A DNA stretch of 64,000 nt from a virus. Positions 28,701 to 38,500 of the stretch are shown here, in pieces. The number at the start of each line of letters is the position of its first letter. Positions within the stretch are counted from its first letter, which is position 1. The stretch lies in the IMG/VR virus record IMGVR_UViG_3300029906_000002, positions 12,507 through 76,506 of that record. One strand, given 5' to 3'. Position numbers and translations under genes: made by a program. The notes beneath the pieces are model-generated. The model did not search any database. It was not told the DNA's origin and saw only the letters and a program-made list of their open reading frames with translations.

Positions 28701-31700
28701 CGATAGGTGGATTTGGAAGATTTTGTGCCGTCAATACCAGTCACAATCTCATCCATGTAACCAGATACGAATCCGTCAACACCTCCAACAGTATTCTGAT
28801 TAAAATCGTATGCCCTACCGTCCTCATCTGTTTCAAAACTGCTGTAATCTGGAACAAGTTGTTCCAAGTCTTCTATGATTTTGATGATAGGATCTGCTTC
28901 GGGTATGCCAGTAAGTTTAGATTTAATATCACTATAATCATCCAACACATACCTTACATTTGAAGCCATATTGTTGAATGCGTCATCATCTATAACACTA
29001 TCCTTGTTCTTTACTTCCATCAAACTGCGAATGGAAGCAATCATCTGCAAGGCGTGCTTCTTCACATCCTCATTGAGCGGACCATCGTAATTAGCTACAT
29101 TGCGCAACGTATTCACGCTGTTGTTAATGTAGTTGAGGATATAGTTGTTGAGCAACTGTCTCTCGTATTGCTTCCGATTGATAGCAGTAAGCTCTTCATC
29201 CAGATTACCGGATGCGTCGTTTGTATTGAAGGATTCAGCATATCGCTTGTTTAGTTCCTTGGTATCCAGCTTTTCAAACTCTTCCTCGGTAAGTCCGAGA
29301 CGGCGCATGGCGTTGCGGTTGAAGTACATCTGATAAGGCATATTGAACTCACGTTGCAGACGTATCCTCTTCTTCTCATCTTCGGGGAGGTCTTTGATTT
29401 CAGCCTCGGTAACATTGCCATAGTAGTAACCACCCGAATCAAGGCCGTCAACACCTGTACCTTCCTCGTTTATTAAAAGGTTGTTGCCCAAAGCGAGATT
29501 GCGTATATATTGGTCTACAAGCGAAGTGTTACCTTCCTTGCTTGCCTTATCTACCTCCCGTTGGAAATCAACAAGAGACTTACGTTGTTGGTCGATAACT
29601 TGAAGCACCGAAGCATTCTTCTGCATCCTTGCGTAGTTATCCATGATAACCTCGCTGAGCTTTGGATTAACCACTTTCAACATAGCCATAAACTGCTCGT
29701 AATCCGTATTCAGGCGGTCCTTACCGCTTGTTTCCAAGTAAGCAGCATACTCTTCTACGGTAGCTTTTGATTCGTCCTCAGAAAGTTCGGAAAGTGTCTT
29801 TCCGTTACGGTACAGCGAATAGTTGCCAAGGTTAGCGAATTTGTTGCCTATGTTGAGGTTTGGTTCGGCTTCAAATACGCCCTTTAGAATGAAGTTCATG
29901 GCTTTCTCACCATTGATATAAGACTGCACCTCCGCACGTGCCTTATCAACCGCAAGCTGTGCATTCTCTACAGCCTTGTCGATATCAGGAATAGGACTGT
30001 CTTCCTTCTTGGCAGAATCCGTAGCACCGAGCTGTGATTTCTTTACCGCGTCATAGTTCTTATAGGCGTTAGTAAGGTTGCTCAATGCGTTCTGGAAATC
30101 GTTCATGTGAATGGCAGCAGCAAAGGACTTGTCTATGAATGCATACCGATAGTCGGGTAGTATCTCATTGAAGAGCTTGCTATCCGAGATATTAAAGCCT
30201 TCACGTTTAAGCATGATTTCATAGTTATCCATGATATGCCTGAACTCGTCCTTAATGAGCTTGTCTTGATTCTCGAAGGCGTTTCCAGGAACATACTGCA
30301 ACGTACCGTTGTTATCATCCGTCTTGACTTCCTTCATGTTGCGCGGACCAAACGTCATCTTATCAAGAGCCTTCTCAATCTCACCACGCTTACCTTCGCG
30401 TATCTTGTAGAGCAAGTATTGCTGAGCTTGCTCGTTGTTCATGCTCTCAATCTCCTGTATGGACTTGAAGTTGGCAGCAGCGTTAAATACCGAACCACCA
30501 AGAGCACCACCAATGAAAGACATGGCATAGCGGTCGCGCATATCATCCCAAGCAGTAAGAGGCTTGAATGCTCCATCAGTAAGCATGGCAAGTCCGTTGT
30601 TGATGCTCTTCACGAAGTCATAAAGCAGCTCTTCGCTCATCTCCTCGACACCTTCACCAAGACCGTTAGCAAGGATGGCTTTGGCAGTCTGTTGTCCATG
30701 ATACTTGCCGCTTGCCACATCACTACCAATCTTCATGATGCGCTGGAAGAGTTTGTTTTTGCCTTCCTTGGTGAACATGGTGCCGTTCTTTTTGGCTTCA
30801 TCGGTAATGCCCATAACCTTCTCAACGGCCTTCTTGACCATACGTCTATTGGCACGAAGTTCAGGCATTACCATTTCTCCGATACCTGTGCTGAGAAGTC
30901 TGTATTCGCCTACGGAATAGCCAAGGGCAAGCAAAGCTGCCTGCCAGTCCTCAGCACCTTCATTCTTGGCAGCATCATAGCTGTCAATAGTGGTGATACC
31001 TGTCATATAACCCTTAGACAAGATTTCGCCTATGCGTTGCGCTCCTTTCTGGTAAGCCGTGATATCATGAAGCGTCTTGGTGTACACATATTGGTCTACA
31101 AAGCTCTTCATACCCATACCCGTAGGACCTATCTCCCTAAGAACAAAATTGGGGTCTTTGGTTTTCTTCATGATTTCCGAGAGATGTTTATCTCTCATCT
31201 GCTTGGAAAGTTCAGCAATTTTATCGGGATTCATGCCTTGTTTGTAACCGAACAGCTTGGGTACGTTCTCGAACAAGTAGCGTTGCTGGGCAAGCTGCAA
31301 ATACACCTGGCTGCCCAATCCAAGGAAATTCTCCATAGTCCACACGCTCTCTTGGGAGTGGTCGGATACGCTCATATCGAACTGTTTCAAGAAACCATCC
31401 ATGTTATTCAACCAACCCACATCCGAACCGGCAAGAATCTTGCCTAATCCGGTCATCAGCTTCATGGCTTGTAATCCTGTGGACACGCCGAGGTATGCAG
31501 CAGCAACAGGACCTCCTACAAGAGCGGGTACTACCATGGCAAGATTCTTGAATAATGACCCTGCTACTGATTTCTCTTTGTCATCACTATCAAAGAAATC
31601 ATATCGGTTCAACCAACTATCCTCCTTGGTCAATGTATCAAAGAAGCCGACTACTTGTTTATCATATACCGGGTTGCCGTTCAGGCGTTCCGTGTAGTAA

Positions 31701-32347
31701 GTACCATTCGGTCCAATCTTCCATTCCCCAGCCTGCTTCTCTCCGCGTTGTACTTCAGGGTCGTATTCGGAGTAGGTAGCATATACTCTTGGATTGAAGA
31801 TATTCTCAAACCAATGCTGTCCGAACCATTCTTCAGGACTTTCTTCCCATTCGCCTGTTTCACTGTTGTAGGTCTGGCTCATCTGTGCAAGCTCCCTCAT
31901 GGAATACTTGCCTTCAGTAACCTTTCCTATTCCAGCTATACCCATCTTCTTTCTATCGGGATTAGGCGGCAAACCATTCTCTCCATACTCGGTTTCAATG
32001 GTGGTATCGCTTATGCTTGTATCGTATTTAGGATTCTCGAAACTGAGAGCAAACAATGAACCAGGTTGGAACTCAAATTCCTTTGCTATCTGTTTGTTCA
32101 TGTCCGTCTCCGCCATTTCGTATAGCATCGAATTGGCTATGTTGTAGGCATCCTTCAGTTTCTGCTCATTAAACTTTCCATCAACCGTGAATGCTTTCTG
32201 AATCTCTTCGTTGTTCCGATAGGTTTCGTATGGGAGTATGCTCGTGTTTGTCTCATCCAATCCTACATCCATGAAGTCAAGCGTGGTGTAGGTTGGATTT
32301 GAAATCACATTAAGAAGCATATCGTTTTTCTTTTGTTCGGTAGGCAT
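22757..32347 (-). CDS. giant putative ejected virion protein with N-terminal hydrophobic helices and central SF1 helicase domain
   Basis: 3196 aa; GIPGSGKT, LLIDEG, FGDEDQ, SMRT, TQGLE, YTVTSRSK in SF1 order; GEGVEE and FIGGALGG cargo-type segments. Confidence 0.8.
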   Translation of the reverse strand: MPTEQKKNDMLLNVISNPTYTTLDFMDVGLDETNTSILPYETYRNNEEIQKAFTVDGKFNEQKLKDAYNIANSMLYEMAETDMNKQIAKEFEFQPGSLFALSFENPKYDTSISDTTIETEYGENGLPPNPDRKKMGIAGIGKVTEGKYSMRELAQMSQTYNSETGEWEESPEEWFGQHWFENIFNPRVYATYSEYDPEVQRGEKQAGEWKIGPNGTYYTERLNGNPVYDKQVVGFFDTLTKEDSWLNRYDFFDSDDKEKSVAGSLFKNLAMVVPALVGGPVAAAYLGVSTGLQAMKLMTGLGKILAGSDVGWLNNMDGFLKQFDMSVSDHSQESVWTMENFLGLGSQVYLQLAQQRYLFENVPKLFGYKQGMNPDKIAELSKQMRDKHLSEIMKKTKDPNFVLREIGPTGMGMKSFVDQYVYTKTLHDITAYQKGAQRIGEILSKGYMTGITTIDSYDAAKNEGAEDWQAALLALGYSVGEYRLLSTGIGEMVMPELRANRRMVKKAVEKVMGITDEAKKNGTMFTKEGKNKLFQRIMKIGSDVASGKYHGQQTAKAILANGLGEGVEEMSEELLYDFVKSINNGLAMLTDGAFKPLTAWDDMRDRYAMSFIGGALGGSVFNAAANFKSIQEIESMNNEQAQQYLLYKIREGKRGEIEKALDKMTFGPRNMKEVKTDDNNGTLQYVPGNAFENQDKLIKDEFRHIMDNYEIMLKREGFNISDSKLFNEILPDYRYAFIDKSFAAAIHMNDFQNALSNLTNAYKNYDAVKKSQLGATDSAKKEDSPIPDIDKAVENAQLAVDKARAEVQSYINGEKAMNFILKGVFEAEPNLNIGNKFANLGNYSLYRNGKTLSELSEDESKATVEEYAAYLETSGKDRLNTDYEQFMAMLKVVNPKLSEVIMDNYARMQKNASVLQVIDQQRKSLVDFQREVDKASKEGNTSLVDQYIRNLALGNNLLINEEGTGVDGLDSGGYYYGNVTEAEIKDLPEDEKKRIRLQREFNMPYQMYFNRNAMRRLGLTEEEFEKLDTKELNKRYAESFNTNDASGNLDEELTAINRKQYERQLLNNYILNYINNSVNTLRNVANYDGPLNEDVKKHALQMIASIRSLMEVKNKDSVIDDDAFNNMASNVRYVLDDYSDIKSKLTGIPEADPIIKIIEDLEQLVPDYSSFETDEDGRAYDFNQNTVGGVDGFVSGYMDEIVTGIDGTKSSKSTYRKANINASITGLNSSIARIKELVSVLTSISNEDKKKINDTLDGIKTGLANIKDTANKIKSIPLFNNSDTLNELVDIESKISSKKTTPIYELLDNFQIDDKRTKATDVIKNMENKLAAASTSPQSFVITDSEMEQLDNLENEIHHIIAAIYASSEDTSSSTNPFGFVNSYNALMKDTEGFKPMNLLKRKDAEPMTKELYEIIRKIQVYRKISSVNSENKLNENPKIEMNKAVLSYDAIADFVNKMSTIDKDKVSKIQTLLDEVETKELMDKYRSLRNNNRSMKPTDEDLKKTIRKIMDIEQAFHDAMVGNDGKPVDDALLIKVIDMYDPFVASIDTLNDQTKSFDANTKLWYLASLIASDPSSVSYAIMNAYKSLTGIAPTAQQVMSLKGLVSYMTGRDTYSRMSTLFKESILRKAESLIDKGKEGAKELFIKLGEMRLASPELRKIYDEYDDLKTNRPDEYNALKKKVLFFAANSKSFNIFDNMYWIGGIPGSGKTMGVAVTAIRALTAKDDGDVDVIQGGRTAVKDGIMVVSKEGVARNLSDNIKSHIGDDVNDVPIMDFEKFLERHFAISSRADFLKEENVGVDTASGGDFTLYSKVGTKTEDMPKILLIDEGTLLNQVEMDAINQLAAETGTLVIVFGDEDQMKQADNVPNVKDQNGIEYSSPDYIYAISESQFPHAPKIGSSMRTNNVQKDANMVTIKVAKEDVASTGKTPEFTLHYSHDNNGVYGEELAEKLDDSTLALKRMMDDVRKQREINPGNYEKIGVVASKATDRSLAYLKSLPDADSYFDFFDSPIQTQGLEHKYYIYIDETVLDDTLSNTGKNVFMDGLYTVTSRSKQYTLIVNSGKYNDHIKFVEDEKTAITQYDRTAIQSYNKKYTTMLDEIFKDKVKNGWKATQLKLQTKTTPKKSLPVPGGNPLASSVPTDPKVDVDDTDKDIPDNSSEGSGVAKELDVRLDSDGAKTDAGSMPMRTDGGLPAPPAGTEVDKTEGAVDKSDEDIKDANEQDLTKLFGSDPGYGVGIVYTHTVDTMGIGVEIDRPNKRIILNGFDSSGLNGIGKIIGLYEKIAGIGEKDSMLEDSGFEQNSFVIKFDNESDINNFIKLAHAYLMDTHVLMVAGKDSEHRSIVNKIDAIKERTKMFLKSIHKSVDEDAINKTVDNLFGGILDYYFVKTDTVESKPDVLFQYNANLEKVFDSKMNTVQDDAGNELTAKMPRARLSAVFSYDGYIVLSIPLFNFENPFSKIKQNGFENVIDWASKIVDGGIPSDADTKTIAEFILYLNDGEDASVSKSVKLHDDTGRGLMLLYDPYNKFIDGKEYKDVPKKIELLLRLYRVYDLYGGNSLKLNKIAVEHALETAKVSGPAMRYRDAGGFYEANREYQYIRKPVNLDEMDSEGILDMSDIMILQKDKNVGGTTIKAGIPFIITGYGTNLSNSGNALMEYLNQFTTGVDKGLRLYYVNNPRIPIDQFFGKLKNIITSDSGKLSERDKLIGNIYTAYRLLERLYTDDKGAFSNPSNLRDNQQMITPEEMGSSDNISKIHEFAKWLIEEGSKLSGKDFYEFVFNNSSYINMALLKLAYNMDIYGRIEFDSPIDSKLINTLKNKGIGYIFLNAAKSGKSWSNVNGVNYSTVTTSSRNRFSIEIEGESYSFTVFGKIESPILAIQYYDILDQIYKMDFGRLTKEYSKREYYIKRNRSPFEWGLYRNTDGIVEDDSDGGVDTDSGTGGTDTGGSKLEITAFNAADNAVAVPQDIIDNFKFDGDENLHIDIVNDPDKGDYVIIAQKGGDNKVNLYYIPDKIASTNENTDESSDDIKSKLNDAYDKKGVVELYSKDKKYTITFMDDGSINTHYQDIEKSSELLSEDLKSVTDVLMSDKNKENFKRFVDNADDANELDRMFGVTTDVGNFAKILGNAIKNPSKENLTTLIEHIKDSVNDDGSDSVADDYNIVYTVYGDSTNNELASDEAKSISELIDIVLGNKSNQCSR

Positions 32348-32372
32348 TGCTGTATTCTTATATGTACGACGA

Positions 32373-32380
32373 CAAAATTA
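32373..32380 (-). promoter_or_regulatory. -7 promoter box upstream of the giant cargo operon
   Basis: TAATTTTG on the minus strand, 25 nt before ATG 32347. Confidence 0.5.
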
Positions 32381-32561
32381 GCTGGTTTAGACGAGCTATA
32401 CAAATAGATAGCAATGTATTAAGTTTATTGCTATATAAAGGCAAAATAGATTTACTCCATACATTTTTTGCACTTTATGTATTTATAGCCATACATATTA
32501 ATTATGATTGTTGCAATATTCTTTTATTACTGCAACATGTATGAATCCAATAAAAACAATA

Positions 32562-32591
32562 AAGCCTCACCAATATTTATTGATGAGGCTT
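32562..32591 (-). terminator. terminator of the Bro-N gene
   Basis: AAGCCTCA...TGAGGCTT stem followed on the minus strand by a T-rich run. Confidence 0.7.
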
Positions 32592-32610
32592 AAATTTGAT
32601 ATCAGCAAGT

Positions 32611-33408
32611 TTATAATCTTACATCTTCGGGATCTATAATATGTTCATTACATAACATCTTATATATTTCGGCTTTTCCTTTTGGCGTAATCATTATCTT
32701 GTTTCCTGGTTTATTCATATCATTATGGTCTTTTAGTTGAAACCATGTCGGCGTCTTTGATTTGTAAGGTCTGAGTGTTCCAGACTTATTCGTACTTCTA
32801 TAAAGAAGTCTACTGCCTATTAAGAAAGATGTAAGCGTCTCTTCTTTAATCTGGAGTTGGATTGCGAAATCACGAATTGATGTCATATATCCGCAATTCA
32901 TAAATAGATCATAGAATTGCTCCTTTGGTTGCATACGTTTGTTGTCAGCTTCCAATCTCTTGTTGTCTTCGATAGCAAGTCTTAAAGCCTTTCTTTCTTT
33001 CGCCCAAGCTATAGCTCTTAATTCTTCATCATCATATTGATAAGAATTAGCAAGCATTCCTACAACATAAACACCATGCCTTCTCAATGAAGGGAGCACT
33101 TCATCACATACCCAATCTTGGAATTTCTCCGCAGATGGAAGTTTTGAACGCATAATCAATCTGTAAACATCTTTCTCTGGAATAAATTTAAGTCCAGAGA
33201 CGTCTGGGTTACCGCCCTGAAATAGGGCGGTGGTGTTCTTGCAATGTGTAGATACTGCATTTCTTGGTTTCTTGTATCCAAGTATAGCTGCTACATCATA
33301 ACCACAAAATAATGGTTGTCCATCTTTTGTAATAATAGTTCTTACTTTTCCGAATTCGGAATTTTCAAAAATCTCAATAGATTCATTGTTAATCAAATTA
33401 TTTTCCAT
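32611..33408 (-). CDS. phage antirepressor-like protein, Bro-N plus KilAC/ANT domains
   Basis: FENSEFGKVR...DVAAILGY...VYRLIMRSKLPSAEKFQDWVCDEVLPSLRRHG; C-terminal ITPKGK. Confidence 0.9.
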   Translation of the reverse strand: MENNLINNESIEIFENSEFGKVRTIITKDGQPLFCGYDVAAILGYKKPRNAVSTHCKNTTALFQGGNPDVSGLKFIPEKDVYRLIMRSKLPSAEKFQDWVCDEVLPSLRRHGVYVVGMLANSYQYDDEELRAIAWAKERKALRLAIEDNKRLEADNKRMQPKEQFYDLFMNCGYMTSIRDFAIQLQIKEETLTSFLIGSRLLYRSTNKSGTLRPYKSKTPTWFQLKDHNDMNKPGNKIMITPKGKAEIYKMLCNEHIIDPEDVRL

Positions 33409-33431
33409 ATATTTGTATAGTTAAATGGTTC

Positions 33432-33547
33432 AAAAAAGCAATCCCATCATTAAGAATCTCGCACATTCTTAAATGATGGGATTTATAATGAAGAGGTATG
33501 AACCTCGCATTATTCTTATATGTCTTGTCTATCTGTGCGAGAGATTG
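33432..33547 (-). promoter_or_regulatory. structured 5' leader / putative attenuator of the Bro-N gene
   Basis: 18 bp stem 33440-33483 followed by T6 on the minus strand; loop region complementary to 33534-33542; middle hairpin 33485-33513. Confidence 0.65.
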
Positions 33548-33553
33548 ACAATG

Positions 33554-33584
33554 CAAAGATATGGATTATTTTTCTATTTACAAA
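33554..33584 (-). promoter_or_regulatory. Bacteroidota primary-sigma promoter of the Bro-N cassette
   Basis: TTTG (33584-33581), 19 nt spacer, TATCTTTG (33561-33554). Confidence 0.8.
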
Positions 33585-33601
33585 ATATTCTACGAATTAT
33601 T

Positions 33602-35512
33602 TTATTGATTCTGGTATAGCATATCCTGCAATTCATCGTTTGTAGCCACGTACGCAGCTCTATTCTGCCTTCTATCTATCATCATCAGCTGTACCGGATC
33701 ACCCGTATTCAGTTCCGTCTGAATGGGTGATTCAGTATTGGTCAACATCAGTTGGGCATTCGGCGTATAAGGAACATACAATACACCAGTAGCTACTGAA
33801 TCATCACCGAACCATGCCGCGTTGTCGGCTTCAACACCTGTAGCCTCAGCAACCCTTGCTGCTATGTTATCGTCATCAACCCTATCAAATAAGTCAAGAT
33901 TGACATCCTTCAGATTCTCTATCGTGTTGTATCCAGTAGCCACAGAAAAGGCAACAAACTGAGCATATCCAGGCGTAATCACATTGCCCTTGTTATCGTA
34001 TCTGATATTGATACCGCGCTTGCTCATCTCATCGTTGACTTGGTTGTAGTTGTCGGCATTAACATCATTGATATGTAAAGCGCGCAACAAGTCTGATGCT
34101 TCTTGCAACTCGGATAATCTTGCGAAATCAGGAACTTTGGAACCATTTACTTCCTTGTATGGTAGCGATATAACATCGAACTGAGTATCGTTCATCACAA
34201 ACGATTTGAGGTCGTAGAACGGTACGTTTGCTCCTGCAAAGGATGCCTGGCTCCAGTTTAATCCAGCCATACCATACTTCTTATCGGTAAGCTCACTAAC
34301 ATTGACGAATCCGGTCTTCTTGTCGGGTTCAAGACCAAGGGCAAGCGTATTAGCAAGACCATAGTAAGCATAGTTGCTATTCGCGCCATTGTTGATGACA
34401 CGCATGTTCTTTGCTCCCATGCCTTCAAGCATCCAGTGCTGATTGGTCATATCTGTCTTGATGCCATTTGCACCACCATCACCACTCTTACCGGATTTCT
34501 TAGCAGCAGCCTTGATAGCCTCTTCCTCATAGTCTCTAAGTTGACTGATACGTCTTGATGTGTCGCGCTTGTCACGCAACATAATCATGTCGTACAACGC
34601 TACTTCTGGTGATACCCCGCTGAGTTTGGCGCGGAGATTAATGAAGTTCTGCTGGTTTCTCGGCATCATGCGGATAACCGTTTTTAGTGCGGCTTTCTTC
34701 TTGGCGTCACTGATACCAGTAGATTTATCCGTTACCGAATATAATCCATCCGTAGCATCGCTCATTACCGCGCCCAAGCCTTCTACAGTATCCATGACTT
34801 GACTTCTACCGCCTTGCTTGTTCACATAGTACTGCATCTCCTCGCTATCGGATTGCAGTTTGCTGAACACGGATTCTACAGTAGCAAGCACATCCTTGGA
34901 AGATGTGGCTTGTTCAGATGCCTCAATAAGCTCGTCGTTAAACGCTCCGTTTATAGCCAGTCTGCGATAGGACAATAAGTCGCCGTAAGTAAGCAATCGC
35001 TTGTCTTTAAGCTCATCATCCATGCTGACACGGCCAATAGAGCCATCTTCCTTTTGGTAGTACAGATTACCGTTTCTATCCTGTGCATATTCGCCAAGCG
35101 AGGATTTCTCCATGATTGCAGACTTCGCTTTGTTGAACATCTCGTAGTTCTGATTGGCAGTATCGGCAAGCTGTCTTACTTGCAAATACTTATTAGCAAT
35201 AGAACCACCGATTTGTTGGGCCACAAACGGATCAAGTTCTGCTGCACGAATATCCCGCATCAGACTTGACATCTGTCCCATCACAATCTTACTATCAGAC
35301 GGAAGCATCTTCTTTAACAAGTCAGCTATGTCTTTCTGAGTGAATCCCACATTGTTGTCATCATCAGACGAGGATGTTGATACTTCCTGCGATGCAGCAT
35401 ACGATGCACCGCTTACATTGGGAATACCCATCGGAGTATAGGTAGCCAGATTAAGCATCGGGCCACCTGACTGAAACCTCCGAACTTTATTTGTATCTCT
35501 TTGTAGGCGCAT
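33602..35512 (-). CDS. putative virion cargo protein
   Basis: 636 aa, no Cys seen, N-terminal RRFQSGG motif, in the cargo cluster. Confidence 0.7.
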   Translation of the reverse strand: MRLQRDTNKVRRFQSGGPMLNLATYTPMGIPNVSGASYAASQEVSTSSSDDDNNVGFTQKDIADLLKKMLPSDSKIVMGQMSSLMRDIRAAELDPFVAQQIGGSIANKYLQVRQLADTANQNYEMFNKAKSAIMEKSSLGEYAQDRNGNLYYQKEDGSIGRVSMDDELKDKRLLTYGDLLSYRRLAINGAFNDELIEASEQATSSKDVLATVESVFSKLQSDSEEMQYYVNKQGGRSQVMDTVEGLGAVMSDATDGLYSVTDKSTGISDAKKKAALKTVIRMMPRNQQNFINLRAKLSGVSPEVALYDMIMLRDKRDTSRRISQLRDYEEEAIKAAAKKSGKSGDGGANGIKTDMTNQHWMLEGMGAKNMRVINNGANSNYAYYGLANTLALGLEPDKKTGFVNVSELTDKKYGMAGLNWSQASFAGANVPFYDLKSFVMNDTQFDVISLPYKEVNGSKVPDFARLSELQEASDLLRALHINDVNADNYNQVNDEMSKRGINIRYDNKGNVITPGYAQFVAFSVATGYNTIENLKDVNLDLFDRVDDDNIAARVAEATGVEADNAAWFGDDSVATGVLYVPYTPNAQLMLTNTESPIQTELNTGDPVQLMMIDRRQNRAAYVATNDELQDMLYQNQ

Positions 35513-38500
35513 ATTTGATTACTCTATTAAATTGGTTTACATTGTCTGAAAGCATCTTCATGTAGTTCATCCAACCCGATGAGGAAGCGATAAGACGTTT
35601 GGTGTCGTCGCTCTTAGCCTTCAATTCATTTCTGAAGAAATTCTTCGACCATTCATCCATGCCTTTACGATTAACCTCGTAACTGGTCTTAATCTTCATT
35701 CCTTTCTTGGCGGTGAAGATGGGATTCACATAGTCGAACAGGCTTCTTCCTGCATTGGCGGATTGATATCTGGCTCGTATCTCGGCAGCTTTCTGCGCAT
35801 ATTCGGGAGAAGTCAGGTAAGCATTCCACTCCTCATCTGTCATATTACCGCGAAGAGCAGCCAACTCCTTAGCCATATCAGCACCGCTTCTTGCTATGTC
35901 GGCCTGCATACGATCGTTTGCCATCTGGTAACCTATGGCTTTCTGTTCTCTCATCCAAGGCCCCCAGATACCCGATATGTTATTAATACGGTTCTGTGCA
36001 TTAAGTTGAGCCTTGGTGATATTGGCATTGTTCTCAGCAGCAACATTGGCATTTGCAGCGGCTGTCCATCGTGCCGTGTTGGCGTTCTCGTGCTCCATAG
36101 CTTCCTGTCTCGTCTTATAGAACCGTTCGCGGGATGCAGCATCACCCTTAGCTACCTCCTGGTTGGCAAGCGACTGTCCTTGCAATACGGCAGCAGCACC
36201 AAGGGAAGCATCGGCTGTCCCACGTGCTATCTTATCGGCAGTAGACATAATTTGTGCGCCACGATTACTTGCTGCACGTTTGGCGAAATAATCGTTCTCA
36301 ACGGGTGTTTGTGTGCGATAAGCCGTCATCCTGTTAGGTCTGATTGCTCGTACCATATCGCGTGTAGCCCTGTTGTTGGCTCGTGTCTTAAGGATAGGTT
36401 CAAGCATGTTACCCAAGAACACGCCCGCAGCACCAGCACCTTTCGCACTTCCTTCGCCACCCAAACCATCAGTAGGATCAAGCGTAGCACCGATAGATTC
36501 TGTTTCTATGCTTGCGGGATCCGCGCCCGGTGTACCTACGTTATTCGGATTGATTGTCTGAGGGAGCGGTGTTTGCTTACCAATCGATCCTGGCTTAGGT
36601 TTATCGAAAGCAGGCATCTCTTCAAAGCCGTAGTAGTATTTACCGTTGCCAGATAAGGATTCAATAGGCTTATAGACCATTCCTCGGCGTGCTGCCATGT
36701 CGCGTATCTGCTTATAGATGTCGCTTGATTCAAAAGCCTTTCTATCTACATCACTGGCAGCATAACCCCATGTACGCAAAGAATTCATTAAGCCGTGCAG
36801 GTTGTCTGTATATCCACCTTTCGTATTGTCGCCCGTTGAACCTCTACGAGTAATGATACCTTTCGTGATAGCGTCCTCAATAGCCTTGTTTCCTCGTGCC
36901 CAGTTGGTGTTGTATGATTTCTGATGGGTGCCAGTTTCCGCATGTTGGTTGATATCGGTCTGGTCATAACCATTGCCAGATACATCTACAGCACCTTTGT
37001 AAGTGCCTTGCAGATTCTTTGCCATGTTTATGAACTTACTGTTATCCCAATCCAACCCACCAGCATCAACACTCTTCAGAGCATTCAGCAAGTCTAATCC
37101 TGTAGTTTGTCCCCAAAGTGAATTGTATCCTTTGTAGTCAAGCGGAGAATCGGCAGTAAACGTGTTTCTTGTCTTGTCTCCAGATTGGTATTTGTAAATA
37201 ACACCGCCATTAGCAAAACGACCAACAGGAATTACGCCACCTTTCTTAAATAACTCTCCATTTTTATCCTTTTCTCGTAATGATGCCAATAAGTTTTTAT
37301 CTGTTATTTCTTCTAATTCATCGTTTCCGTTCTTAGTTTTATTAACCGCATAATACTTATTGGTCTTTTGATCTTTATAGATATTCCAGCCTTTTTTATC
37401 TGGAACAAATCTTGTTGTACCAGATTGCTGAGTACCTGCTTGTGGTGCAGGTGTATTATTTTGAGTAGAAGTATTCTGACTTTCGGTCGTGTTACTCTTA
37501 TTCCTACCTAATTTGCTATATATGTTTTTACCTCTATCTATTGCTTTTTTCCATGATTTTTCTCTATCAACTATGGAATTTGCAGTAATTTCGACACCTC
37601 TTTCTTTAAGAGGATCGACAACTTCTCTTCTGTTTCCGAATCTACTCAACCACTCTCCGTATTTACCACCTGTTCCACGAACAGGACGGCCGCTTACATA
37701 ATCAACAGGATTATATGTTCTCGGACCGGTAAACCAATCTCTCGGTCTCAAGCTATCATATCCCTCATTGCTATGGTCTATAATTCTTGTCGGATTACCG
37801 TCAAGTTTAAAGTCATCTCCATATATCTCTTTGAATGCAGCCTGTTTGGCAGCCAACCCTTTTGCTCCAGCTATCTTATTCCATTCATCCGGAGAAGCAA
37901 GAACATCTACTTTCTTACCATTCTTGTCTTCAGCTTTAATACGATAAGTTCTTTCTCCGGCATTTATGCGGCTTCTGTAAGATTCACGTGCCAAACGATT
38001 TCCTCTCATCACATTCTTACCTGCTGTGATTCCGCCAACTAACATATTGACACCATCAAGCAAGTCTATCCAGTCTTGAGATGTCATTCGATTGGTATCC
38101 GAAACAGCCTTTTGGGCAAGATGAATCAAATCGGGTACTTGATATGCGGCAGCGACATAACTGATAACAGGCAGTAATGCTCTTACTGATTTTACAGCTT
38201 TTGCAACACCTGTAGCTGTTCCTGCAAACGGAACAAGACTTATCAAATCAAGACCTGCATTGATTCCGAAATTTCTCACTGTATCCCAAGCTGACACGTC
38301 TTTATCAGCCCAGTCTGCAATAAGATTGGCTACGGTGCCACCGAATCCTGTTGCAGTTGATACCGGAGAGAATCCAGTAAATGCGGTTACAGCCGAAGTA
38401 AGATTAGCAACAGTGGCAGCTATTCTTGTCGCATCGGAAAAATCAAAACTATCCGGGACTTGGCCTGCGCTTGCAGGGCTTGATGGATTTGCAAATCCAC

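Noticed and set aside
30236-31447. Long plus-strand ORF (403 aa) and similar ones such as 14577..15494, 35763..36656 and 61337..62284
   Set aside because: Antisense shadows of codon-biased minus-strand genes; implausible composition and no recognisable motifs
11424-32347. Inteins or introns in the giant genes
   Set aside because: No frame interruptions and no convincing Hint or homing-endonuclease motifs; the N-terminal Cys residues lie at positions 4-6, not in split-intein contexts
32390-32560. tRNA or ncRNA in the AT-rich intergenic gap
   Set aside because: Only weak AT-rich hairpins; no cloverleaf or T-loop motif seen here or elsewhere in the window
35487-35512. 26 bp gene overlap as a programmed frameshift fusing the 1613 aa and 636 aa proteins
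   Set aside because: No clear slippery heptamer; the downstream gene has its own ATG, so translational coupling suffices
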